IMG/VR virus record: IMGVR_UViG_3300035696_000005
Location: 32,001-96,000 of that record
Origin: a virus
Strand: one strand, 5' to 3'
Length of the DNA stretch: 64,000 bases
The notes under the pieces are model-generated. The model was not told where the DNA came from and did not search any database. It saw nothing but the letters and a program-made list of their open reading frames with translations. The position numbers and the translations under genes are program-made. This document shows, in pieces, positions 27,100 to 36,122 of this stretch (its first letter is position 1; each line of letters begins with the position of its first letter).

Positions 27100-28068
27100 A
27101 TGTCATTTAGTGAAGAGGCAGTCACATTTAATAACCTGTTTGTCGAGAGAATGGACACTCAAGATGGACAGGTTAAGACGGCTCAGGCAGGTCAAGCTTA
27201 TGTCCGGTCGTTCTTGCGTGAACACTCGTTCAGCCGCAAGATTCTACCGCCAGAAAGCGTTACCCGCGCTGATCTAACCCGTTCTACGCGCCACGATACT
27301 CTCATCAAGATCGTGGACTTTGAACATCCTTCCACTGCTGCTGCGGTTAACTTCCGCTCGGCTGGTCGTGAGCGTTACTTGCAGGGAACTCGCTATGCGG
27401 TTCCGTTCTTTAAGGTTGAGAGCGATCTCTTCGTTAAGAACGAAGCTGAATTGCTAGCCTACGAGTATCCAATCACGAAGGTGATCGAAGAGAACTCAAT
27501 CAAGGACATCATGTTTGTCGAGGACTCGACCTTTATTTCGGCTTCTGCTGGCGCTGTCAGCACGTCGGGTAAGTTCATTGCCTCTTCGGATACGTCGGTC
27601 TCTCGCACGAACTTGAACAAGCTGTTCAAGATGCTCGACAATGATAAGCTCCAGTCGATGGTTGTTCTGATGACCAACGTCGACTTCGACGACTGGCACG
27701 TTCAGCCTGCGACTGACGTCGGTTCTCCGTTGGCTACTGAGCTCACGATTAACGGCTACAAGTATGAGACAATCATGCGTCGCCGTGTGATCGTTACCAA
27801 TAAAGTGGATTTGCTCGCTCCGGGCTCCATTTATTGCTACACCGATCCTCAGTTCCTCGGAAACTTCTTCATCCTGAACGACGTCAAGTTCTGGATTAAG
27901 AAGGAAGCCGATAAGGTCTTCTGGAAGACCTGGGAATATGTTGGCGTGGGCATCGCTAACCTTCGCTCGATCGCTCAGATTACTCTGAACGTTCCTGCAA
28001 TCCCTGGCCCAGGCTACTCTGGAACCTTTGGTCCGAACTTGTTCGCACCTGGTTATCCGGTCGCCTAA
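27100..28068 (+). CDS. Major capsid protein (HK97 fold)
   Basis: 322 aa; LRE.SFSRKILPP, KIVDFE, ELLAY.YPITKVIEENSIKDI pattern; strong SD and strong terminator; follows protease-scaffold-decoration. Confidence 0.85.
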   Translation: MSFSEEAVTFNNLFVERMDTQDGQVKTAQAGQAYVRSFLREHSFSRKILPPESVTRADLTRSTRHDTLIKIVDFEHPSTAAAVNFRSAGRERYLQGTRYAVPFFKVESDLFVKNEAELLAYEYPITKVIEENSIKDIMFVEDSTFISASAGAVSTSGKFIASSDTSVSRTNLNKLFKMLDNDKLQSMVVLMTNVDFDDWHVQPATDVGSPLATELTINGYKYETIMRRRVIVTNKVDLLAPGSIYCYTDPQFLGNFFILNDVKFWIKKEADKVFWKTWEYVGVGIANLRSIAQITLNVPAIPGPGYSGTFGPNLFAPGYPVA

Positions 28069-28090
28069 GGATAGGCTGTTTAGCATTGAG

Positions 28091-28130
28091 AACCCCTGGG
28101 ATCTTCGGGTCCTGGGGGTTTTCTTTTGTT
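28091..28130 (+). terminator. Intrinsic terminator after MCP
   Basis: 13-bp stem with cUUCGg tetraloop then TTCTTTTGTT. Confidence 0.9.
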
Positions 28131-28177
28131 GTTCACGTTAATTTATTGTGGTAACTTTTTCCTAGAAGGAGACACAA

Positions 28178-28747
28178 ATGTCGCAAAAGATTCGGATTTA
28201 TAACATCACCTCTTTTCTAAAATTCCCCGGTTTCGGTATCGATTTCGATGGGCACTACCTGGCACCCAATCCCGATAGACCCTTGATTGTCGAAGTCGCT
28301 GTTGTCCCACAGATCCTCGAAGATTGGCAGGCTAGACGCTGGATTAAGATTCAGGCAGCTGATGACAAAACCCCTGTCACCAAAGAAAGCGAAGCTGCTG
28401 TCACACCGGGTACCCAGGTAAACGAAGTTGCCAGTGTACAGGTTGACGCACTTAATGATGAGTTGGATGAAGATATCTTTAACTTCGATACAGCTAAAGA
28501 AGCCTCGCTTACAGCTGACTCCACTCCAGGTCCTGCTCCCATGCAAAGCATTCGTCAAATGCAGACCGAAGAAGAGCTTGTCAGGTCTCGTGTTAAGGTG
28601 AGCCTAGGCACTTCGGACAAGCCTGGAATGGCAGATTCCGTATCTCCTATCCCGGGAGATCGTCCACGATCTGTCGATAATTCCGAGGCTTTTACCGTGC
28701 GCGCCCCTCGCCACACTGGCCCCGGAGCCGTGGTCAAGAGTTCTTAA
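28178..28747 (+). CDS. Hypothetical head-associated protein
   Basis: SD AAGGAG; acidic, Pro-rich C-half. Confidence 0.65.
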   Translation: MSQKIRIYNITSFLKFPGFGIDFDGHYLAPNPDRPLIVEVAVVPQILEDWQARRWIKIQAADDKTPVTKESEAAVTPGTQVNEVASVQVDALNDELDEDIFNFDTAKEASLTADSTPGPAPMQSIRQMQTEEELVRSRVKVSLGTSDKPGMADSVSPIPGDRPRSVDNSEAFTVRAPRHTGPGAVVKSS

Positions 28748-28765
28748 AGCGTGTAAGATGGGGGT

Positions 28766-29236
28766 ATGCAGTTAACCACCATCGACAAGCACAGGCTCGA
28801 CAAAGCACGTGAATATCTCAGGTTATTCCTTATGGACACGGAGGAGCTTAATAGGCTCCTCCGTCGTAAGGAAATCGATGACAAAAGACTCGACCTAGCG
28901 ATCCAGCTCACAATCAGCGATTGGAATACAACCACCCCGCTGATTGCTAACGTAACAATCGGAAATTTTCCAAGCTTTTATCTTCTCATCCATGGTGCAG
29001 CTATCCAGTGTTTGAAGATGGCTGGGCTCTACCAGAGTCGCAACGAACTTACTTACAATTCAGGTGGTAGCTCTTTTATTCGCGCTAACAAAACTGCCTA
29101 CTATCAGTCTTGGATTCAGAACTTCGCTACTGAATATGAAACCAAGAAACTCAACATGAAGATTCAGCAAAACGTTCAAGGTGGTTACGGGGCTGGTTTT
29201 CACAGCGAGTACTCACTCATTGGATATGACTGGTGA
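28766..29236 (+). CDS. Head-tail adaptor (neck 1)
   Basis: 156 aa helical, two genes after MCP; LIHGAAIQCL..RNELTYNSGG. Confidence 0.6.
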   Translation: MQLTTIDKHRLDKAREYLRLFLMDTEELNRLLRRKEIDDKRLDLAIQLTISDWNTTTPLIANVTIGNFPSFYLLIHGAAIQCLKMAGLYQSRNELTYNSGGSSFIRANKTAYYQSWIQNFATEYETKKLNMKIQQNVQGGYGAGFHSEYSLIGYDW

Positions 29237-29239
29237 TCC

Positions 29240-29443
29240 ATGTTTTGCGATGGCTTTAAGAAAGTTGCATTTCAGGCTCCCAAGGCAGCTTCTAAAAGCC
29301 GCTATAACGTGCCTAAACGCCTCTCTAAGCCGCTTGCTGTGCAGGTGACGGGCAAAGCCCTAAGCAAGAATCCTTTTGCGGCGGGGGCAGATGGACAAGC
29401 GGTTGGAGCCATGTACGGTGGCAATACGCATGCGGGGTGGTAA
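29240..29443 (+). CDS. Leader-bearing small basic protein
   Basis: MFCDGFKKVAF. Confidence 0.7.
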   Translation: MFCDGFKKVAFQAPKAASKSRYNVPKRLSKPLAVQVTGKALSKNPFAAGADGQAVGAMYGGNTHAGW

Positions 29444-29599
29444 ATGGGCTTTACCAAAGGCTTTGAAAAGATAGCTGGTAAAAAAGAGAAGGAAAAAGAG
29501 AAACCGAAAGTCGAAGTTAAAAAGACTAGTCCTATCCGCCTACCTTCCAAGTACTATACCGGCATTATGGTCGATACGAACGACCCTCAGGACGGATAA
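29444..29599 (+). CDS. Leader-bearing 51-aa protein (not in ORF track)
   Basis: MGFTKGFEKIAGKKEKEKEKPK..; ATG directly after upstream TAA, stop overlaps the ligase ATG. Confidence 0.75.
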   Translation: MGFTKGFEKIAGKKEKEKEKPKVEVKKTSPIRLPSKYYTGIMVDTNDPQDG

Positions 29600-30789
29600 T
29601 GAGCTTTACTTCCGGATTTTCCAAGCATGCTGAATCTCTTGCCCCGAAGACCCATTACGGGACAAGGAGTATTCATAAGCTTGATCCGGAACATCCTGGT
29701 GAGGCTTGGTCTGCGAAAATTGACGGAGCCCATACCATCATCAAGTTTAAAGCAGGCAAGCTTCCTGATCTCTTCTCTCACCGTCAATCTAAACGAACTG
29801 GCGGGAAGATTGATTACACCGCTAAGCTTCCCAATATCAAACGAAAGGTCAACTTCGATGGGCAATTCAGGGGAGAAACGTATGCTGTCGACCCTTCTGG
29901 CAAAGCAGTTGAGCCTGAAGTCGTTACTTCTATCCTTAATCGTGGTGTTGATAACTCTCTACGCTTTCAAAAAGAGCACAGGTTAAAAACAAGAGTTGCT
30001 CTGATTAACGTCGACAAGTATCTGGGGAAAAGCTTACACAACGCTACCTTCGAAGAAAAAAGAAACGTCATGGAGCAAGTGGCTAAAATGAACCCAGATT
30101 TCACTTTACCTGCTTTGGCAACAACACCCAAGGCAAAGCTTAAGCTTAAAGAGCATGTTCTCTCTGGTGAACACCCACAATCCAGAGAGGGACTGATCGT
30201 ACACAGACTGGGTGAGGCTGGCTCGCCTTTTGCGAAAGCAAAGATCTTCAAAGAACATGACGTTTATGTAAGAGACATCTTCAAAGAAGAGAGCACAACA
30301 GGACGTAAACCCATGGCTGGTGGCTTTTATTATTCCTGGACACCTGATGGAGAAATTAAAGGTCGTGTCGGCAGCGGGTTTGACCATGCTGAAAAAGAAG
30401 ACATGCTCAAAAATCCAAACCGCTATATTGGTCTTGTGGCTCGCGTTCAGGCCACCAACGTTTCTAAGAATAAAGTTCTCTTGAAGCCCTCTTTCAAACA
30501 CTGGCACGTTGAGAAGAATATTGGACTAGAGAAGGCAGCCACCATCTTCGCCAAGCAATCGATCATCATCGACAAGACCCATGAACCCGATCGAGATAAG
30601 GCCAAGGAAGTTGCTCGTGGTTTTGCTGACAAGATTTACACCTCTCGTGGCACTAAAACTCAGTGGCGTTTTAGGCAAAGACCCCCGGGATTGTTCATCC
30701 CCGGAAGCTTTAGACATGCTAAAATTAAACCAGGCGTTTCAATCATCTATGGACAAATTGATGAGAAAAGGAAACGTAAGACTTCGTAA
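29599..30789 (+). CDS. ATP-dependent DNA ligase with leader and fused C-terminal domain
   Basis: MSFTSGFSKHA; motif I KIDG, III RGETY, IV EGLIV, V KAK, OB-fold GRVGSGF and LKPSF. Confidence 0.85.
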   Translation: MSFTSGFSKHAESLAPKTHYGTRSIHKLDPEHPGEAWSAKIDGAHTIIKFKAGKLPDLFSHRQSKRTGGKIDYTAKLPNIKRKVNFDGQFRGETYAVDPSGKAVEPEVVTSILNRGVDNSLRFQKEHRLKTRVALINVDKYLGKSLHNATFEEKRNVMEQVAKMNPDFTLPALATTPKAKLKLKEHVLSGEHPQSREGLIVHRLGEAGSPFAKAKIFKEHDVYVRDIFKEESTTGRKPMAGGFYYSWTPDGEIKGRVGSGFDHAEKEDMLKNPNRYIGLVARVQATNVSKNKVLLKPSFKHWHVEKNIGLEKAATIFAKQSIIIDKTHEPDRDKAKEVARGFADKIYTSRGTKTQWRFRQRPPGLFIPGSFRHAKIKPGVSIIYGQIDEKRKRKTS

Positions 30790-30867
30790 TTTCTGGTTTA
30801 ATTTGTGTTGCGCTTAGTCTAATTTCTTACTGTTAAAATAAGACATCCACCACAGCTTGGAGGTCTT

Positions 30868-31059
30868 ATGGCGACAAAACGAAAGCCGATCCTTAGAGAG
30901 TACATGCGGGACAGCTTCGAGGAGTTCGCTGAGATCCTCTGTGAAGAGATCTACCGTAAGAACCCTAAGCAGCATAAAATGGTGAAAGAGATCAAAGACG
31001 CAATGAAGCGCGTCATAGAAGAAGAGTTTGGAGAAGACCCCGGTGGGATCATTGATTGA
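30868..31059 (+). CDS. Small helical protein
   Basis: SD GGAGG; TGT-TAAAAT box upstream. Confidence 0.6.
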   Translation: MATKRKPILREYMRDSFEEFAEILCEEIYRKNPKQHKMVKEIKDAMKRVIEEEFGEDPGGIID

Positions 31060-32014
31060 TGACGTAAATGATTTAGAATTTCCCATCGATAAGAAGACGT
31101 TTCCGCTTAACTTCAAACTCATCGATGTTATCCCTCTTTCGAGAGATCCTGGTAAGGTTCTGATCCGTTGGGAGATTGAGCAGACTAATCTTAATCTAGC
31201 TGACTTTGAATTCTACATCGACCGTGGGGATACGCCTGACCAGATTCCAGCGTTCCAACACGTTACGATCGATGGAAAAATTTGGCGCGATCATCCGTCA
31301 ATAACAACACACTCTGTGAACATGTCTCAGATCGGCGGACCTATTAGTGCGCTCGATTTCTACGAGTTCACGGATTATGCGCTTCACATCAAGAATCTAT
31401 ATAAGACTTACTACTATCGTGTTCGCATCAGAAGGATCTCTACCCAAGAAGAACTTGGAAGTGCTCCGATTACTTGGAAGGGTGACCTGGACTTAGAAGC
31501 ACTTTACGTAATCGATGAACATAACTTCATGTTAGATGACACCACAGGAGTTCCTGCGCTCATCTACAAGAGGAGAAGGAGCGGGGTTCTTTGTACTCAG
31601 TGTTTTGATGTGATTCAAAAAAAGAGGCTCGCTTCTCGCTGTCTGTACTGTTTTGGAACCAACTGGGAAGGTGGCTTTTATCAGCCCATTGACGCCTTTG
31701 TAGACATGAGCCCTCACCCGAAACAGGAACTCATCAGAGAATGGGGTGAAACTCAGCCCACTGAGACAGATATTCTTTTTACCAATTATCCGCTTCTTAG
31801 CCCAGGCGATATCGTTCGAGAGATTATGCAGAATAGGATGTGGCGGGTAACCCGAATCAGACCCACAGAAAAACTTCGCGTTCCGATGCTTCAATTTCTT
31901 CGCCTGATTGAAATCAACCCAGGTGATATTGAGTATAAGATTCCGATCGATCAGCACTTCATTGAGACAAAGATCCGCCAGTTTGAAGAATACAAAAAAC
32001 GTAGGGAATTTTAA
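31028..32014 (+). CDS. Head closure/neck protein
   Basis: N-terminal FN3-like part (YYYRVR); RRRSGVLCTQC..CLYCFGT.WEGGF and GDIVRE..RMWRV; start uncertain. Confidence 0.65.
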   Translation: MEKTPVGSLIDDVNDLEFPIDKKTFPLNFKLIDVIPLSRDPGKVLIRWEIEQTNLNLADFEFYIDRGDTPDQIPAFQHVTIDGKIWRDHPSITTHSVNMSQIGGPISALDFYEFTDYALHIKNLYKTYYYRVRIRRISTQEELGSAPITWKGDLDLEALYVIDEHNFMLDDTTGVPALIYKRRRSGVLCTQCFDVIQKKRLASRCLYCFGTNWEGGFYQPIDAFVDMSPHPKQELIREWGETQPTETDILFTNYPLLSPGDIVREIMQNRMWRVTRIRPTEKLRVPMLQFLRLIEINPGDIEYKIPIDQHFIETKIRQFEEYKKRREF

Positions 32015-32706
32015 TGTTCGTAAACGGCTTCACCAAAACAGCCCAAGTCAAAGTCATCAAAACACTTGGCAAAGGTGGAGAGGGAATCGCTCATCTTGTG
32101 AGACATCCAAAACACGGGTTAGTTGTGAGAAAGACTTACAACATCACGGGAAAGCTTTTTTCGAAGCCTTTGTTTGAAAAGAAGCTTGAGATCTTGCGTA
32201 AAGTAAAAAGCCCGCTTTTAGCTAAGTTCTACGGTCAGGAAGGTAATAAGCCCATTACCTACCATGAATACGTCCGCTTCAATAAAAAGCGTGCTTATCC
32301 CACTGTTGCTCGCGAAAAAGCAGTTAGACTCCTTAACAGGCAGGTAAGAGAAGCAACTGGCGTGGGAATCAAAGACCTGGCTAGCGACAACTTTGTTAAA
32401 GACAAACAGGGCAACTACAAGGCAATCGATTTCCTGATCGATGGTCCTTTGAGTCGCACTTCTCGCAGAGGCCAGCTAAGACATGTCGGAAAAGGCATCT
32501 ACGAGAAAGCAATGAAGGCTGGTCTTGGTAAGAAGCAAGCGGTTAACCTAAAGCGTTCTGCCATCATGAAGATGAGGGGTCTTTTTGATCAAAGCGCGAT
32601 CAAACATAAATCGCGCCGTGAGATTATGAGGAATGCACTCCTACCTAGGCATGAGCGTGATAAACTCGTTGAGAGGGCAACAAGACCCGGGGTAAATCAT
32701 GTTTAG
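32014..32706 (+). CDS. Minimal protein kinase-like enzyme with leader
   Basis: MFVNGFTKTA; Gly loop GKGGEG, VVRK, catalytic loop KDLASDN, DF(L). Confidence 0.8.
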   Translation: MFVNGFTKTAQVKVIKTLGKGGEGIAHLVRHPKHGLVVRKTYNITGKLFSKPLFEKKLEILRKVKSPLLAKFYGQEGNKPITYHEYVRFNKKRAYPTVAREKAVRLLNRQVREATGVGIKDLASDNFVKDKQGNYKAIDFLIDGPLSRTSRRGQLRHVGKGIYEKAMKAGLGKKQAVNLKRSAIMKMRGLFDQSAIKHKSRREIMRNALLPRHERDKLVERATRPGVNHV

Positions 32707-32896
32707 AGTCGGCTTCGAAAAAAGAGCGATGATTGGCCAAGGACCGGGCCAACGCCAAGTCAACCCAATTACTGCCCAGGATGCCTTAGGTGCTTCGAAA
32801 GCCGCGCCCTTTTCTAAGCCCATTTCCCGATTCGCTAGCGGGCATCACCCGCGTTTAGGGCTAAAAGCGATGTCAAAGGTGCGTCGTGGCGCTTAG
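32699..32896 (+). CDS. Leader-bearing small basic protein
   Basis: MFRVGFEKRAM. Confidence 0.7.
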   Translation: MFRVGFEKRAMIGQGPGQRQVNPITAQDALGASKAAPFSKPISRFASGHHPRLGLKAMSKVRRGA

Positions 32897-33197
32897 CGTA
32901 ACATTATCACCACTTGTGAGTCTTTTTGATGAGAAGAACCCAGTTCAGAAGGAACTGCTCAAAGAGCACGTCGTGGATAACTTCAAACAGACTAACCTCA
33001 TCGGGGTACCTGACGCATTGGTTAGGATTAACTTTAACCCAGAAGAGGGGGATGATATACTCATCCACAGGATAGACCCGGAAAACGCTCTCGGCTATTC
33101 CGTCCACGCGAGCGAAGAGGACTATTTCAATCATCTATCGCAAAGCCTTTACGAACCAACCGAAGAAGATATTTTGGGAGGTTTGAATGACTACTGA
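32886..33197 (+). CDS. Hypothetical acidic protein
   Basis: GTG start overlapping upstream gene; in neck/tail block. Confidence 0.55.
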   Translation: MALSVTLSPLVSLFDEKNPVQKELLKEHVVDNFKQTNLIGVPDALVRINFNPEEGDDILIHRIDPENALGYSVHASEEDYFNHLSQSLYEPTEEDILGGLNDY

Positions 33198-33807
33198 GCG
33201 GGACAGTCGTTTTCCAAACAGGCGTTATCCTAATACGCTGCTTTTCTTGGAGAACTCCTTCTTGGCGTTCTTCCAGGCTGTGTTTAGTACCTTTCCCCCA
33301 GGGGAAGATCCCAAGCTTTTTCATTACGATGATAATCCGGAAACCACCGAGATCTTCATCGAAGGGCAAAACACAGACAACCTAACGACCGTAGATGTAA
33401 GGCCCAAGATTGTCGTATCTCGTGGGCCTGTAGGTTGGAACAAGACGCATATTGGAAACTTCGTTGGATCAAAGAACCTTTCCAGAGAAAGACAGCGCTA
33501 CGCCAGCATTTATAGCGCTACGGTGGGCGTGAGCTGCTTTTCTAGGGAAGATCTTGAGGCTGATCATCTAGCACAGCTCTGCTTTGATATGGTCGAAGCC
33601 TTCCAGTTCCAACTCCATAAGATCGGTTACCTCTCAGTCAATTCCGTACAGATTGGCCAGAGGGGGCTGATTAAGCAAGACGCAAGGCCCGATCTAAGCG
33701 TCACTCCAGTTCTTCTGAAGGTGCAAGTCACCAAGGAATGGATGACAAAGATTGTTGACCCTGTGCAACTGAGAGAAATTTTTGTACAATTTATTATCAA
33801 ACCGTAA
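33187..33807 (+). CDS. Tail terminator/completion protein
   Basis: About 200 aa directly before sheath; RPKIVVSRG. Confidence 0.6.
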   Translation: MTTERDSRFPNRRYPNTLLFLENSFLAFFQAVFSTFPPGEDPKLFHYDDNPETTEIFIEGQNTDNLTTVDVRPKIVVSRGPVGWNKTHIGNFVGSKNLSRERQRYASIYSATVGVSCFSREDLEADHLAQLCFDMVEAFQFQLHKIGYLSVNSVQIGQRGLIKQDARPDLSVTPVLLKVQVTKEWMTKIVDPVQLREIFVQFIIKP

Positions 33808-33826
33808 GGTGGTCTTGGAGGTATAA

Positions 33827-35746
33827 ATGGCGTATCGTCAGCCCGGAGTAACAGTTACGCAGGAATTTGTGAGTGCTCTTCCAGCACTTGCGGTATTCTC
33901 GCTCCCTAACGTCATTGTCGGTCCAGTGTTTTATGTTGCATCTCAAGCTTCAGCAGGTCCTGGAACCTACACGGGCGCGCCAGCAACACTCAGCTATCCC
34001 GGGCAGCCTCTTGGAAGCTACGTTGACACTAGGGCATATGATCCAACCGATCTAATTTCATATCCAGTTCAGATTAATTTCAAAAACACGATCGTTCAGC
34101 TCTTCATGTCGACCACTGGTTCGGTCATTAGCCCAAACTTCAATACGTTTGTGGACCTCACTGGCTCACCGTTCACGGGTGTTGTTGCGGGTGACATGAT
34201 TGTAATCACATCGGGAGCTGATGCTGGAACGTACACAATCCGAAGCGTAACTGATGCCAATCACGTACAAACGAACGAAACATTCCCAAGTGCACTGACC
34301 GGGATTAGTTACTATGTTCAGAGAAACATCGGTCTTTTGAATATCCCAACTAGCACAGTTGGCGTGGTTATTACTCAAGCAAGCGTTACTCTTCCAACAG
34401 GACTTACCACAACGGTTGCTCCGTTTGGCTCGGTCATGATCCTTCTTGCCGAGGTTCTGATCACTTATCGCGCTCAGATGATTAATCGCTCAAACGATAT
34501 CTACGAGTACGCGAACGTCACGGCGCTTGAGGCTGACTTCGGTGCAGCTCAGATTCTTCCACAAAACCCGGCAGTCTTTGGAGCCTTCCTTGCGCTCAAC
34601 AACGCAGTCACTCCAACAAATATTCTGGGACTAGACGCCAACTACCTCTCAAACGAGCTTCTCTCTTACGATGACGCATTCGTGATTTTGTCCATGAACG
34701 ACATCTATGCGATTAGCGTAATGACTCAGAATACGGCGGTACACACAGCACTCAAGACGCACGTTGACGGCTACTCTCAACCGAACGAGAAGCTTGAGCG
34801 CGTGGGTATCATCAACCGCCAACTTGTTACAACTGCGATGGTCGATGGTCCTTTCACTAATGGCTCGACGGATGCAACAGGGTTTTTACTGACCTCAACT
34901 GGGGCTACGTTTATCACCGATGGTGTTGTTCCGGGTGATTTCGTTCAGGTGACGTCTCCTACGTTGTATGCTGGTAGCTACGAAGTCGGTGCTGTATTGT
35001 CACAGACTGTGCTTCAGCTTGTGACTGAGATTGCTCCCACGCTCTCCTCGCTGCACTTCTACACCTATCAGGAGCTTCAGAACAGCGAGCAGGCTGCTAC
35101 GATTGCTGCTTATGCAACGAGCTTTGGTGACAGCCGCATGGTCCTTACTTGGCCGGATATTGTCAGTATCCCTGTTGGAAACACGATCCAACAACTTCCT
35201 GGCTACTTTCTGAACTGCGCAGTCGGAGCCTTGACGACAGGTCTTCCAACACAGCAAGGTCTTACGAACCTCTCGGTTGCCGTGTACTCTGGTGTTGTTC
35301 ACAGCACAAAGTACTTCAGTAACGATGACCTCAACACGATTGCCGATGGCGGCGTGATGATCTTCGTTCAAGATATCTTGAACCAGACTCCTCTGTATAT
35401 CCGCCATCAGTTGACGACCAACAGAACCTCGGTTCTCTTTCAGGAATACTCTGTTACAAAGAACGTCGACTTCATTGCGAAGTTTATTCGTAACAACCAC
35501 AAGCAGTTCATTGGTCAGTACAACATTGTCGAGCAAACCTTTGATGACCTTAAGACCAATGCAAAAGGCATCATTAACTACTTGGTTGAAGGAACGAAGC
35601 TTCCTAGAATCGGTGGAGTTCTTGTAAGTGGTCAACTTACGAGTATCGAACAGAACCCAGATGAGCTGGATGGAATCCTTGAAACATGGACGATCACCGT
35701 TCCAGTACCGCTCAACTATCTGGACATCACCCTCGTTATTTCTTAA
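33827..35746 (+). CDS. Contractile tail sheath protein
   Basis: MAYRQPGVTVTQE; C-terminal SVTKNVDFIAK..FIGQYNI..VPVPLNYLDITL. Confidence 0.9.
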   Translation: MAYRQPGVTVTQEFVSALPALAVFSLPNVIVGPVFYVASQASAGPGTYTGAPATLSYPGQPLGSYVDTRAYDPTDLISYPVQINFKNTIVQLFMSTTGSVISPNFNTFVDLTGSPFTGVVAGDMIVITSGADAGTYTIRSVTDANHVQTNETFPSALTGISYYVQRNIGLLNIPTSTVGVVITQASVTLPTGLTTTVAPFGSVMILLAEVLITYRAQMINRSNDIYEYANVTALEADFGAAQILPQNPAVFGAFLALNNAVTPTNILGLDANYLSNELLSYDDAFVILSMNDIYAISVMTQNTAVHTALKTHVDGYSQPNEKLERVGIINRQLVTTAMVDGPFTNGSTDATGFLLTSTGATFITDGVVPGDFVQVTSPTLYAGSYEVGAVLSQTVLQLVTEIAPTLSSLHFYTYQELQNSEQAATIAAYATSFGDSRMVLTWPDIVSIPVGNTIQQLPGYFLNCAVGALTTGLPTQQGLTNLSVAVYSGVVHSTKYFSNDDLNTIADGGVMIFVQDILNQTPLYIRHQLTTNRTSVLFQEYSVTKNVDFIAKFIRNNHKQFIGQYNIVEQTFDDLKTNAKGIINYLVEGTKLPRIGGVLVSGQLTSIEQNPDELDGILETWTITVPVPLNYLDITLVIS

Positions 35747-35757
35747 GGAGAATCTAA

Positions 35758-36102
35758 ATGGCTTTCGGTAAGGGATTTAAAAAGTCGACGGGATCTAAAG
35801 GGGTTGCTCTTAATCTAGCCACTTTGGGAATACCGAAGAAGGCAAGCGCGATGGGTGGTTTTCAGAAAGCAGCTAAAGTGCTTACAACGAAGGAAAGAAA
35901 AGAGCTTCCGAGTAGCGAACTCGCTAACCCCAAGAAAGAGGGAGAAGAGTCTGGCTCTTACCCGATCCCGGATAAGGCTCATGCTAGGAACGCCCTGGCT
36001 CGCGTTTCTCAGTTCGGAAGCCCTGCGATGAAGAAAAAAGTTCGAGCTAAAGTACACAAAGAGTTTCCGGAAATCGGAAAGTCGTCTGACAAGAGCTCGT
36101 AA
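35758..36102 (+). CDS. Leader-bearing protein with DUF6582-like domain
   Basis: MAFGKGFKKST and internal MGGFQKAA; LTTKERKELPSSE..YPIPDKAHARNALARV. Confidence 0.65.
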   Translation: MAFGKGFKKSTGSKGVALNLATLGIPKKASAMGGFQKAAKVLTTKERKELPSSELANPKKEGEESGSYPIPDKAHARNALARVSQFGSPAMKKKVRAKVHKEFPEIGKSSDKSS

Positions 36103-36122
36103 GTAATTAGGAGGATCGCTCA

